From Camelus dromedarius (lineage: Eukaryota), in the NCBI RefSeq assembly GCF_036321535.1, contig NC_087437.1, positions 68,946,001 through 69,010,000 on the forward strand: 64,000 bases of DNA, written 5' to 3'. Under the pieces are notes generated by a model. The model was not told the origin of the DNA, did not search any database, and saw only the letters and a program-made list of their open reading frames with translations. Both the position numbers and the translations under genes were made by a program. Below are positions 1 to 12,950 of the stretch, piece after piece (position 1 is the stretch's first letter; each line of letters opens with the position of its first letter).

Positions 1-19
1 CACTCTTTCTCTTTTGTTA

Positions 20-340
20 ATAAACATGGAGTCATTCAAGACACTTTTTTGATGATTTGTAATGAATTGGGCCCCGTATAGTCTGCTCAGGATGCCAAGA
101 AGAAGCTTTCTCTGTTTCCAAGGGTTCTGATTAAGCTGGGGTGAGGTAACAGACCAATCAATGAACAGATAAATTATGATACAACCAGATATGACTGATA
201 AAATCAGTCAGAGCATTAGGGAGTAAAATTCTGCCTCGAGGTGACATTTGAACAAGGCTTAAATTGATGGGGGGAGTTTGGCAGGTAGAGGAAAACATTC
301 CAGGGTGAGAGACCAGCATGTAGAAAGGCCTGGAGTTCTG
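20..340 (-). mobile_element. L2 LINE 3' fragment (degraded)
   Basis: Antisense L2-type motifs 'gaggtgacatttgaacaaggcttaaa' and 'aaacattccagggtgagagaccagcatgtagaaaggcctggag'; boundaries approximate. Confidence 0.7.
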
Positions 341-789
341 CTTTGTGAGATATAATTAGAAACGAATCGCACATCCCACACCCAACTTCCGTTGTTGGTT
401 TGCCTTGTGTGGGCTGGGTTCTGACACTGGCAGCCTCCAAGGGGAAATTATGCTGCTTTTCCTATCTTCTGTTGATTCTTTTCCCCTAAATTGGAAAGTG
501 GTACCCTATCTAGTGGGCCTATGACAAGCATCTTCTTTTTTCAGCAGAATTGCATTCCATTGCACCTCTCATTAAACTGTCATTTTGCATAATTTAAGAC
601 ACTAATTTTAAGTCAGCACAACACAGTCTGTCATCTATTCCATCCATTTAGCTCGATCTTTAACTTTGTTTTTGCCTCCTTTCTTTGAGATGTCAATCTG
701 CATCTCATTGTGTGGGTTTGCACCTGTGTATGTGTGTATGTATGTGTTTGTATATGTGTCAGATTCTGCATTATTTTTATACCTTAAAT

Positions 790-1530
790 AAACATTTTAT
801 TTGAAAAAAATAAGACTTTAAAAAGTAGATAGAATACTATGTATTCAGCAGGTTCAACAACTATCAATTCCTGAGTAATTTTACTTCATCTCTATCCACA
901 CCCCATCTCTCTTCCAATAATTTTGAAGTCAGTTTTCACATCATTTCATCTGAAAATATTTTAGTACATTTTTCTAAAAGATAGGTATGTTTTAAAATAC
1001 AACTATGATACCAAATCACTCTGTAAGCTAACAATAATTCCTGAATACCAAATATTCAGTCAGTATTCACATTTCCCTAATTTATAAACATGGTAGGTAG
1101 CTAAATAGCTCCATAGCTAGATACCACAGGTTGTCTGAATCAAGTTCTAAGTCATTTTCATTTCCACTGTGATTGGTTAATAATATAGCTCCAGTCTCTT
1201 ATAATCAATAGTAGGGATCAGTAACAATAGCCCATGGACCATATGTAGCATATAACCTGCTTTTATAAATAAAATTTTATTGAAACATTGTATGTTATAT
1301 GTGACTGCTTTTCATGATACAACTTCAGTGTTGAATCGTTGTGATCAAGATTGTATCTCCTGCAAAGCTGAAAATATCTGTCCCTGGGCAGTAAAAATTT
1401 TCTGACTCCTAATTTGTGGTTCCCCCAACTCATTTTCATCTCATTTGAAACGCAAAGTTATTCAGGACACCAAGTGCCTTCAAAAACATGGAAATCGGTT
1501 TGCCCACAGAGAGTGAAATTTTGAGTCTCA
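790..1530 (-). mobile_element. Old L1 (L1MC-like) 3' fragment interrupted by MER58A
   Basis: AT-rich antisense L1 3'UTR-like text ('aacaataattcctgaataccaaatattcagtcagtattcacatttccc'), resuming after the MER58 insert. Confidence 0.6.
1212..1411 (+). mobile_element. MER58A-like hAT-Charlie MITE
   Basis: 'aggga tcagtaac...gcccatggacca...ttttataaataaaattttattgaaac...ctgcaaagctgaaaatat...ctgactcct' resembles MER58A, with degenerate terminal inverted repeats. Confidence 0.75.
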
Positions 1531-1814
1531 AATCTGGCTGTAGAAGGGGGCTGTACCCCCTCCCCTGGCTTTTTAAAAACAAAATTGCATCTTGCAAGCT
1601 ACAAACTCCTTTGGAGGGTTGCTGAAAAGAAGCAGACATAGGAAGGAGATATAGCTTGGCTCAGTCTTTGCCAAGTGGAAGTAACTTGCAAAGGTCACTA
1701 CCTCAGGTCGCCAACATTATACGTCTGTGCTGCTGTACTCAAAGATGATCAAGTCTTGGGGACTAACTTAACTCCCACCTAACTCAGCTTCTTGTCAGCC
1801 TAATAATTGGCAAC

Positions 1815-1975
1815 AACAATGATAAGATTTTAACATTTAATTGGAATTCAAATGTATTTCTAGCACTACTCTAAATATGTGTAACAATTAATTTAATTCT
1901 CATCCATACACGTTGTTATTAACTCCACTTTATAGAGGTGGAAACTAACTCATGGAGAAGTTGATGGAAGTCTCA
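1815..1975 (-). mobile_element. MIR SINE
   Basis: Antisense core 'ccactttatagaggtggaaact'. Confidence 0.65.
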
Positions 1976-4900
1976 GGCTGCCCCCAAATTTATGTCAGCT
2001 TGACATAATCTACATGGGGAGCCAGGTACTTTAATCAGAAAGTTTCTTGGTGAGCACAGTGCAAGAGCAATGCAATTGAGGTAGACTTCCCTGGTGGCGA
2101 AGCACGTCAAGGGACAGTGGTATGATCTGCACTCCATTCCGTCAGTAGACATAAATATGCCGACCAGAGATCTGTGTCTGCTCATCCAGGAACCCTCTGG
2201 CCTGGATTATGCTGAAGATACACTGACATCATTTCCTTGTCACTTGGCTTCCTTTATGAACCTATGTAAACCATTCTCTTTTTCTTCAGATTGGTTAAAA
2301 TAATGTGATTGGGTTTCACCTTTGATTTTTCCAGTCCTGCCTTTCTTTGTAAGCTTTTGCCCAAGTCATCTTACTTAAACTTGAGTATTTCCAAATCTGC
2401 TTAGCTTCACATTTCATAACTCTTTGGCACTTGTACAGACGGCTAATCTCTTCTAGTCTGTGTGGCTTCTTGCTAATTTCACTCTCAGTGGGTAAACCGA
2501 TTTCCATATTCTTGGAGGTACTTTAAATTACCTCTACCTACTCACTACTCTTGAGAGGATCAACTCTATTAGACAATTTTTTAAAGGCAGTTTATTTAAT
2601 TTCTGATTCCATAATAGTGCATGTCAGCATAGTCAGAAGTGGGTCTTCAAGTGCTAAAAGTTCACTGTGAGTGGAATTTTTTTTATTGATTCTTATGGAT
2701 GCTTGTACTCTCCAATATTCTGCAAATTGTTGATTGTCTGCATTACTTAACATCCTAAGATTACCTTGGTTTTGCTCGCTTCTCCCTAAAGATCCCTAGC
2801 AATTGCTGTCTTGCCTTCTTATCTGTGTTTCTACCTTGCTACCAAAAAACCCCTTCATTTCTTAATTGAAGTACAAAATAAACACAAATCCTTCTCTTGT
2901 CCCCTCTGGCCCACCCCTACAGAGCAGAAATGTGGATGCTGGGGTACTCCCTGTGTTAAATCTTTTAAGTGTCATTCTTCCATCGAGAATGAGAGATGCA
3001 TAATTTTACGCTCAATTTTGAGTTTTTATTTTCACTTTGACTACTGGGTATTTGGTGCTTTTGAGAACTGCTTTGTATGGGAAAAAAGAGATGATCACAG
3101 CTTTCACTTAGGTCTAAAACGTTCTTACACATTTATTGTATAGCTGTCAGAAACTACAATAAAACTTCTATTTTTACAGTTGCAGAAGAAATGACCACTT
3201 CTGTCTTTAACCATATAAAGTGGGTGGGGGGTGGTCTGGGTCTTGTTACAGGTGGGTTTGATCATGCAATTTCTCTGAAGACGCAGCTGCAAGAGTAAAA
3301 CGCTTAGAGTCTTTGTATCAGGATGAGGAGGCAAGGCAGGGCATGCAGGTCCGTTGAGGTTTCTATAGCGTCCTTTCTTCCAGTGAAGAGCTGGAGGAAA
3401 ATAAACCATTGCCTGTTGCCTTAACGACCATCATTGCTTGTGACCTTCATTGACTATATCTGCGTTTTTTAGCAACGTTGCTGAGTAGGAGGAAGGCATG
3501 GATTGGGGAAGCATATTCTTGGAGACTATTGTGTGCAGCCTAAATAACCATCATAATGCAGAAGTGAAAAAACACAAAGCTGCCTAATTGTAAGACTTGA
3601 GTTGAAAGAGAAATCTGGTGGCATCAACTGGGGCCTTTGGCTTTGGGGTTGCTGAAAAGGTTTTGTGTAGGAAGCACTGATTGGTGTGATTATGGGTCCA
3701 GAAACCAAGCTGCCAGCTGTGGCTGTGGTTGTGGCTGTGGCTGCGCAGTGCTTCTACCATCTTACCTGCGCTCTCCGAGAGGAGACCAAACGGATGCTAG
3801 GGACTGGGAAACATATTCAGTTTCATAGATACTGAAGCAGAATAGGAAATCATCCAGATCAAAAGAACAGTGGCTGAGACAGGGCCTGATTGTAGCTCCT
3901 CAGAGTCCTGCTGCTTCACCTCCAAGTCACATAGCACTGAAGTGGCTGATGAACAGACGTGGTGCCTCTGTCACTAAGCAGCCTTGGTCTGACTCTGGAC
4001 AGTGGCATGTAGCAATCCAGTTGTTCTTGCATTCTCTCTCTCTTTCTCTCTCTCTTCCATTCGGCAGTGACATGCAAGAATGATTCCTAAGCTAAACCAG
4101 AGGATCCTGTGACTGGAAGTAATGGAAGTGAACACACGAGGCGGCATTCTCATACCCATGCTGTGGATATTTGATAAGTTTCTTAGAAAATGAAGACAAA
4201 ATAATTACAAAAGATGACCTCACTTATATGACGCACTCTCAGCTTAGACACTTGACTGTTTTAAGACACCTATTTTAAAAAACACAATTCTAATGTGCAC
4301 ATTATTTTTCACTTTGAAGGAGAACTCATCATCATAAAACATTGTGGCTTGCAAATTCAGACAGATATTTTCATGTTCAGGAGCAGATACATAAGCAATG
4401 GGCACATTCAGTTGAAGAAGGAATCTGAAATTGGTAGGAACAAGTAGGTGGGAGGAACAGGACACAGGAACCAAGCTTCACGTATGAGGCACAGACAGTC
4501 ACATGCTTCATTATGACCAGACTGAATCTGGCTTCCCTCTGAGCACACCATGGGCCTGGAATTTTTGGTTAGCTATTGCTCTTGGAGGGTAAAACTTTCT
4601 TCTGATACTAACTTTGCTGTTTTGATTCCTTTTAACCATCAACTTTGGGAGTCTTTAGATCCTGGTGAAGAAGCTAAGGGTCAACACTGTTTAATGTGAA
4701 GTCCTTCATATATTCAGTTACTGGACAAATAATTATTTGTGAAAGAAAGATTACAAAATGGTTAACAGAATAGATATGCTCCCTACTGTCTTGGAGCTTA
4801 GAGTCTAGTGAAAGAGATAGACAAGAAAACAAAGCAACACAAAATAAATACATAGTCATCAATTATACTTTCTTTACAAACTGTACCTCTGTGTCAGTTG

Positions 4901-4989
4901 TGCGATTATACAGTTGTGGTAAGATATATAGGACAAGCCCACCCATTGTTTTTTAGAGCAAAAAAAAATGAGTATGTGTGGCATTAACT

Positions 4990-5450
4990 GCTAGTTGTTT
5001 TTCAGTGTCTGTCCTCTCCTTTTGCAGTAATAGGGCTTTTCACTGGGCACGTGGCTGCCCAGATAAAGAATACATTTCCAAGCTCCCTTGCAGAAAGGTA
5101 TGGCCCAGTAATCAAGTTCTGGTTGACGGAATGTGAGCGGGAATGGTTGTTTTCAAGTTTGGGGCTGTTTTCTTAAGAGGAAGATACATGTTCTTCCTTC
5201 TTCCTTCTGGCTGAAATGTGTTCATAATGATGGACCCTAAAGAACATATTTGATCGTGTGGAAGCCACACGTTGAGGACGGCAGGCTGACGACACCATCA
5301 GACCCACATCATACCAGGTCAAAACGCCACATCATACCCTAACCACCTACCTGGACTTCTATGTGGGAGGTGAATTTCTCTGTTGTGTACATCACTGTAA
5401 TTTTCTGTTTCTTTGCTTATAGCAGCCTACCCTGTAGCCTAATTAATAGA
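4990..5450 (+). mobile_element. MaLR LTR (MLT1H/I/J-like)
   Basis: 'acatttccaagctcccttgcag...aagttctggttgacggaatgtgagcggga...cctggacttctatgtggga...gcagcctacc...ctaattaata' follows the old MLT1 LTR layout. Confidence 0.7.
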
Positions 5451-6599
5451 ATATGCCTATCCTCCTATCATACTGATACCAGTTTTTAGTTGAAATTTTT
5501 TTCATTGCAAGAAACCAGAATGGGCATTTTGGGGGCATTTTTCCCTAATGAAATTTGGCTAGAATATTCTTACATTTCTAAATCTATATGTCAGCATAAT
5601 TGTAACTAAATGCTCAATAATGTGCATAAAACCCATATGATTTCATTTACACAATGTTCAAAAATAGGCAAAACAAATCTCTGGTATTAGAGGCACAATA
5701 AAGGAAGCTAACCTTTCAAAGCCAGCTCAAGCGTCCTAAGATCCTGGAGAGCAGGGGGCATATGGCCTAAAGGAAAGAGCTGAGAAGTCAGGCAGATGTG
5801 GAATTAGATGCCAGAGAGCTGAGTTTAGACATCTTTTAGTCTGGTTGTTGAGGGCTGTGAGATGGTGAGAGAACTGTAAGTGGTGATAACCAGGAGTAAA
5901 TCTCAGAAGCCAACTCTCCACTGTGGAAGAATCTTTCTCTCTTTCATCCCATTCTAGAGGGAAGTAACTTACTGGGTATGTTTAGACACATTAACTCAGT
6001 TTAGTCTTCATAGAAATTATATCCTAGAAGAAATTCTAAAAATTTTTGACTTTTCAGTTGAAAATGAATCTCATATTCCAAATCAGCTGCACTCATAAAT
6101 GCTTGATTATGTTTTTACACTGATTATTTAAAAGGAATTAATTGGGGATAGGAATGAGGACATCTCAGGATAATTACGTGCATTTAGCTAACCAGTTTGA
6201 ATGATACTCCAGATGACAAGTAATGGGTCAAGTGAAACACATCCTGTGTCTTTTCTATCTGTAGTTCCCATGAGTCTATTCCACTGCTAGTATCGTGGGA
6301 GACATCCTGTCTACTAAGAAAAATAAGCTGAGAATGGAATCCACCACTTTTATTAACACCTTGTGTTTATTGTTTAAAATCTTTTATAAAGCTCAATAAA
6401 AATAAACTAACAACATGGTTTTCATTGCTGAGGTCTGAGTCCCAGAGCCCTTGGAAAGTTATGAACCTACATCTGAGGAGACAATAACCTTGACATTCCA
6501 TTTGTAAAATTTAAGTGAATTTAACCACTTTTTCTCATATCTTTGCCATCCTTAATCACTGATTAAAGTCCTTATGTCAGGTCCTTATGTCATCTGTCA

Positions 6600-7430
6600 A
6601 GTCCTTATATCACCTGCTCTCTCCTATACTTTCATTCCTATTCTGTTGATCTAATTCCAGTCACCTAATCTATCTTTCTCTCACTCTCAACTTTTTCCTC
6701 TGTGTGTGCTGAAATGTCTAACCAACGATAATTTAACCCTCAAACATCCTCAACTCCTTCCCTCCACCACTTGCCTTAATTGAAGGCTGATTCACTCCCA
6801 AAGACACTGCTTCCAAAAGAAACTCCTCAAAAAGTGAAGAATGACCATTTTGCCAGTAGATTCATATCATCCCTGATCATCATTCATTATTCTCAACCAA
6901 TATTCTCGGATCTCATAAAAACAAACAAAAACAAAACAAAATATCTTAAAAAAAAAAAAGAAAAAAAATCTCTTGCCGTCTATTTTCTACCATTTTTGGT
7001 CTCTATCCTTCCAGCTAGTTTCTTCTCCATTACTCCACCCAAATCCTGTCGTCATGCTGTGTGACTTCAAGTTCCATGTGGCTGATCAGCACAGCATTCT
7101 GATTTCCTAATACTTTGACTACTTTGACTCCTGTAACTTTCAACTCAGTTTTACTTCAGTTCTCAGTACTCACATTAATAATGGGTTCAACTTTGTCATC
7201 TCTTAAATATGTTCATTTCTTACCTACTAAACTTGAAGATCCCATTTTCTAACCACAACTACAATTAAAAATCCTTCAACTTGTTTCTTCTCTTACTCCA
7301 ATTATATTGTTTTTAATCTCATTTTACCCTCTGGTTCCTTAACTTAGCCATTTCTCTCTATAGCTCACTCCTATTCTAGAGATGGAAGAAGGAATCCATC
7401 ATTTCAGTGTAAACATGTTAAAAACTGAGA
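6600..7430 (+). mobile_element. L2 LINE internal fragment (degraded)
   Basis: C/T-rich sense L2-like text ('cccattttctaaccacaactac', 'ttcaagttccatgtggctgat'). Confidence 0.5.
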
Positions 7431-7439
7431 AAATCTTGT

Positions 7440-8750
7440 AAAAATCTAAGTGTAGATATGCATAGACAGTTCAGGGCTCACAGGAGAAATCTGAACTGGA
7501 GATAGAATTTGGGAATACTTAGCATAGAGATGGTATTTAAAGATATGAATCTGGATGAGATCAATAGGGGAGATCGTGTTGATAAGGAAAATGGGTTTGG
7601 AAGGAACACTAAAATACTTCATATTTTTAAATCTGATGGAGGAGAAGCCAGCAGTGGGGTCTGAAAGGAAGTGACTAGTGGGCTGGGAAGAAACCAGGAG
7701 GGTGAGTAGCATCATGGAAGTTGAGAGAAGAGAGTGTTTGAGTAGGGGGAAAGTGTGGTCTATTGTGTGGAATACTGTCTGTGATAGAATAAGAATATGT
7801 TCTTCGAACATGGAACATGAAAATTTTTAGTGAAAACCATACTGTTGGAGTGTAAAGTTCGAAACCAGATTAGAGTGAGCAAAAGGGTGAATAAAAGATG
7901 AGAAAGTAAGATTATAAAGAAGAACAGAAAAACAGTGAAGAAGCCCAAGGAGATGGTAGGTTAGGGCACCTTCCTTCCTTCCTTCCTTCCTTCCTTCCTT
8001 CCTTCCTTCCTTCCTTCCTTCCTTCCTTCCTTCCTTCCTTCCTTTCTTCCTTCCTTCCTTTTTTCCTTCCTTCCTTCTTTCAAAGATTAGCAATGCTAAG
8101 AATGTTTGAATATGAGTATATTTGAATATGGGAATCATCTAGTGGTTAAGGAAAGATTTAGCAAGCAACTGAGAAAGAAAAGGCCTTGAGAAATCATATT
8201 AGGATGGAACTCAGGACCCAGAGAGAGAGATGTTCCCTTTTCTAGGAGAAGGAATGTTTTTTTACCCTGAATTAGGAGGGCCAAAGATGTGAGTTGGTTT
8301 TTCCAACTTGTTAATGAGAATAGAAAAGAATTCCCTCTAATAGTTCATTTTATTAACAAGTTTAAGGCAGGTCATCAACTTCGAGTGAAGAGGGAAATGG
8401 AATGAGAGATTTGAGAAAAGTTAAGAGATGAGAAACAGTATATTCAAAGAGAGGAAAGCATATTTATTGAAGAAAGTAGCAGTACTTTGGCAGTGATCAA
8501 AGTCCAGATGAGTTTCTGGTCATGAATTAAAGTGAAACCAGTCAGGCTGTTTGTGTCTTTTAATTCCCCTGTCCTTCCTTGTTCCATTTAGCTGCTTCGG
8601 CATAAGCAAGGCAAAGGAGAGAGATGGGTTCAGCAAGGGGGCAGGGGAATGTGTGAATGAAACTCAATGAAGAGGAAAAGTTAAGGGTGATGATGATGAC
8701 AACCCACAGAATTCCAGACAGATTACTGGCAAAGCCAAACAAAAGTTTCT
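7440..8750 (-). mobile_element. L2 LINE fragment containing a (CCTT)n array
   Basis: Purine-rich antisense L2: 'ggagatagaatttgggaatacttagcatagagatggtatttaaag...ggatgagatca', 'gaggagaagccagca', 'gggaagaaaccaggagggtg'. Confidence 0.75.
7969..8078. repeat. (CCTT)19 perfect tetranucleotide microsatellite with an imperfect tail
   Basis: Read directly; perfect from 7969 to 8044. Confidence 0.98.
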
Positions 8751-9899
8751 TCCCAATCTAATATTCTTTTTGTTTGCATTTTTAGCCTACCACTATCTCT
8801 TACTATTTTCAGAATGTTTGCATTACTCAAGACTTACTTCTTCAACACTACAATCTTCTGTGAGGAAAGATACCATATCCTGTTTTACTTTTGTTTCATC
8901 AAAAGAGCAGGCATACTGTAGGTGCTCAATAAAGTATACCAAATCAGTGAATGGAGGATGCAGATGGGGACTAAACTCATTAAAAGCTTTACATTAAAAT
9001 TATTATCCCAATGCCAGAAACTTATCCCAAGAAATATTTGTTTAGTGTAGGTATTTACAGATATAGTACAGTGATTTTAGTGGGATTTTAATTTAGGTTT
9101 CATGCAGTATTCCCAATCCATCTGTTAATTGCACTGATTACATCCTCTGGCTGATTACACTGAAAATTGCTATCCATGCCTCAGGTCAGGCATTGAGTAA
9201 GTTGTGGGTTGAGTTGTGAAGGAGGATAAATCGGTGTGAATTGATGTAACAAGCAACTGAAAATAAAGGCGGGGGATGTTTGGAGACAGTGTGCTGATTA
9301 GTTACCATGCTGAGCATTTCGCCTTCAACAAAATCCAACTCCGTGGGCAGACTCAAAGCCCAAACTGCTGACTTCCTGTGATCCTGCATTGTCCCTTGAA
9401 GTAAAGCTATCAACTCTAAATTGCATCCTACGTTATTTTTAGTTTAAGGAACACACTTCTAAGTCCATTCATGAAGAATGCTTCTTACTGCAATAGCCAA
9501 TCTCAAATTATTGTTTAAATTCCCCAGTTGTGAGCCACTTAAGTCTTTAATCTGACTTCCTCAAGTGTCCAGTGGAATTCTGTGTATGTTCTGGGAAGCA
9601 GTGTAATGTAGTTGAAGGCTTGGCGGTTTAGAGCGAGTCCTATTTAGGCTGGAGTCTTGCCTTCCTTGAGTATTGTCTTGAGTCTTGAGTATTACCTTAC
9701 CTCTAGACAGGAGGAAATTGGGAGGAAAGATGAGAAGATGAGAAACTATTGTCAAAGTGAGGATTCTTTGAGGTCTGGTTTGTTCTTCCAAATACAAGAT
9801 CCTTGCTTAAGGCCAGTAATTGGAGGAGTGGAAAAAAAAGAGAAGATTGAGCATTTAAGCAAATCTGTATTTGGCTGAAGAAATACACTGAAATTCTTT

Positions 9900-10735
9900 A
9901 TCAGCCTGCATGAATGTCAGCTTTGGGCCTTTTTCTGTTGGGTATTTTTAGCAATGACGTGGGTAACAAAATAGAGGGACTGATTATCAGATTTTGATAG
10001 CTGTCTTTATGAGGGCTATCCAGTACTCTGAATAACAAAGTAAAAATTCAGAAGACTGTCAGCTTAAATAGTGAGCTGAAGTTAACAAGCTGAAAATCAA
10101 TGGGAATAATGTGAAGTCTCACACTTAGATGGTAACTTCCATTGCACAGGACAGGTTTGGGGAAATGTAACTTAATATCAGTTTATGTAAAAACGGACAT
10201 TGATTGCTGGCACAACTTATGATAAAGAGCAGAGTGATCTCAACTGAGTTAATAGAAATATAGCCTAGAAAATGTGGGGGATGAAAATCCAAACTTACTG
10301 TGCACTGATTAGATTAAATCTAGAGCCTTATGTTTGGCTAATATATTTTAAAAGAACCATTGGAAACAAGATCGTAATCAGACGGTAAGCAATGACAAAA
10401 AAGAAATCTGTGTACCATCATCTGGGATGATTAAGCGGGAGGAAGGGATATATCTTGGGGATGTGATAGCCATTTTTTTATTTGAAGGGTTCCGGCATGG
10501 AAGTGAAATTGGATTTGTTTTCCAAAGGCCAAAACTTTCTTCATAAATTAAACTTAAATTTTGGCTCCTATTTAAGGAACTATTTTCCAGTAATTCAAGT
10601 TGTTTTGTGAAACCAAGGACACCCCTGCCAGGACAGAGCTTGGAAGACAGGCCGGTAGGTTGGGCAGAAAGGGCACACTGACATTCAGTGAGGGGTGGAA
10701 TTGGGTGATATCTGATGTCCCCGTGATCCCATCAG
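9900..10735 (+). mobile_element. L3/CR1 LINE 3' portion (degraded)
   Basis: L3-like motifs in the expected order: 'tgaaaatcaatgggaataatgtgaagtctcacacttag', 'ttgcacaggacagg', 'ttaatagaaatatag', 'tgtgcactgattaga', 'gatgtgatagcc...tatttgaagggt', 3' end 'gggtggaattgggtgatatctgatgtccc'. Confidence 0.7.
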
Positions 10736-11567
10736 AGGGGATGGGATTGGAATGGTTGAATCTTGAGAGTGGAAGTGTGTTACTTGGTAGGAGCCACCCA
10801 GGCTGCTGAGCGGGGCACGTGGCTGCTGCTTGCTGAGCTCATATTTGTTTGATGGGCAGGTGTTGTTCCAGGGAAGCTGGCTCGGCTCTGTTTTGGTTAC
10901 TTTGAAGCAGAGGAACTAATCCCCTCTGGAGATACTTGCTTGTTTTTGCTGTCAGAGTAGTCACACTTTTCCTTTTGTATCTCTTGTCTTGTTTTTTGAA
11001 GATGAGCTTCACAGAAAAATAGGCCTCAGGTTTCCTTGGTGATTCGCTGCGTCTGGTTGGCCCCTCCTCCACCCCCCAGAACAGCCACTGATAGGTTATT
11101 TTTTTTTTTTTACCATTTATTTAAAAAGTTTTATTTTTCATGAACTCTGGTTTGTAAATGGAAATTTTTTTAAAAACAATTCAAATAAAAGTTCTGCTAG
11201 TTTTCATAACTATAGGCAGGTGGTTAAAGAAAGAAGTAAACCATGGGTAGTGTTAGTTCTAGTCCTTGGCCTGGAATGACGTGAACTTGGACCTGTCATC
11301 ACCCAGATTTGCCTCTGCATCTGCTGTTTGCTAGACTCTGAAGTCCTCAAGGTGAGCATGAACTTGTCATTCCCCACCGATGAGTCACCAGCCTTACTTA
11401 GAAGAACCCTGGTATATACCCAGTCTAAGTCTTTAAAGATGAAGGAAACAAACCGTCCTGCTTTACATTTTAGCCTTTAAGAAGTTCAGAAGACCATTTT
11501 TTGGGGCTGAAGGTTAAAAATGCCTTGCAAAAAGTCTCTCTCAAAGGTCAAGACAGACCAGGACCTC

Positions 11568-11641
11568 TTGTTTGCTTGCTTGCTTGCTTGCTTGCTTGCT
11601 TTCTCTCTTTCTTTCTTTCTCTCTTTCTTTCTTTCTTTCTT

Positions 11642-11672
<31 letters not shown>

Positions 11673-11714
11673 TTCTCTCTTTCTCTCCCTCCCTCCCTCC
11701 CTTCCTTCCTCTTC
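11568..11714. repeat. Compound microsatellite (GCTT)n-(CTTT)n-(CT)n-(CCCT)n
   Basis: Read directly; it explains the four overlapping low-complexity ORFs. Confidence 0.97.
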
Positions 11715-12164
11715 TATATGGCAAAAGAAGGAAATGCTAAATGTTATCATTTTATATTTTAGAAATTAATGCTTTCATCATAAACAAATAGAGCAACTCT
11801 GTGTTAATCCTGTTTGGTAAAAGGACCAATGGTCTGCTTTTGAGGCTTTTGCCATTAGGGTCCTGGCAAGTTGACCTAAGGGCTCTTTTCCAAAACAGTA
11901 TTTTCACAAGGGCAAGGATTTAGAAACATATTTATAAAAATTGAGCTTGAGTTAAAATGAAGGAAGATGTTTTTAAAATTGTATGTAAATAAAACTTCAA
12001 ATATTTGTGCCAGTTTTATTACCTGAATGCATCCTATTAATGCCATATGAAATGGAGAATTTCAATTGAAAGTAAATTTTTCCTGATATGTATATGGCTA
12101 GCTTGTAGCCATTTTTCACTGCTACGTCATACAGTCAGAATGAAAATGCCCCATGGAGTCTTGC

Positions 12165-12950
12165 TATTTCAAGGGTACGTGGACAAGCAGCATCAACATC
12201 ATCTGGGAACTTATTAGAAATTTAGAATCTTGGTTGCTTCCACGTCTTGGCTATTGTAGTTTGTGCTGCTGTGAACACTAGGGTGCATGTATCTTTTTGA
12301 ATTGGAGTCTAAAATGTCCATAGAAAGATGACTGGCTAAAGAAGCTGTGGTATATTTATACAATGGAATACTATTCAGCCACAAAAAAGAATAAAATAAT
12401 ATCATTTGCAGCAACATAGATGGACCTGGAGATCATCATTCTAAGTGAAGTAAGCCAGAAAGAGAAAGAAGAGTACCATATGATACCACTCATGTGTGGA
12501 ATCTAAAAAAGAAAAAAAAAACCCACAAATGAATTTATTTATAAAACAGAAATAGACTCAGACATAGAAAACAAACTTATGGTTACCAGGGGGGGAGTGG
12601 GGTGGGAAGGAATAAGTTGAGGAGTTTGAGATTTGCAGATACCGACTGCTACATATAAAATAAACAAGTTTCTACTGTGTAGCACAGGGAACTATATTCA
12701 GTATCTTGTAGTAACCTATAATGAAAACGAGTATGAAAATGAGTATATATATGTATGTGTATGACTGAAACATTGTGCTATACACCAAAGTTGACAAAAC
12801 ATTATAAACTGACTATACTTCAATTAAAAAAAAAGAAAGAAAAAAGAAATTTAGAATCTCAGGCCCTAGCCCAGGCTTATTATATCAAAACCTGTACTTT
12901 TTCACTAGATCCCCTGGTGATTCATAACCATTAAAATTTGGGACACACTC
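12165..12950 (+). mobile_element. MER5A-like hAT-Charlie MITE split by an L1 insertion
   Basis: Left part 'ggacaagcagcatcaacatcatctgggaacttattagaaat' and right part 'agaatctcaggccc...gatcccctggtgattcata...aaaatttgggacacact' rejoin across the L1 TSD. Confidence 0.8.
12231..12844 (+). mobile_element. Young 5'-truncated, 5'-inverted L1 (ORF2 end + 3'UTR + A tail) with exact 15-bp TSD
   Basis: TSD agaaatttagaatct at 12216-12230 and 12845-12859; ~12231-12308 antisense L1, ~12309-12844 sense L1 ending 'gactatacttcaattaaaaaaaaaagaaag'. Confidence 0.93.

Noticed and set aside
7827..8138. KEGR-repeat ORF (a similar one lies at 58603-58915)
   Set aside because: Translation of (GGAA)n
11501..11769. 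Four overlapping ORFs with LSLS/ERER repeats
   Set aside because: Read-through of a compound microsatellite
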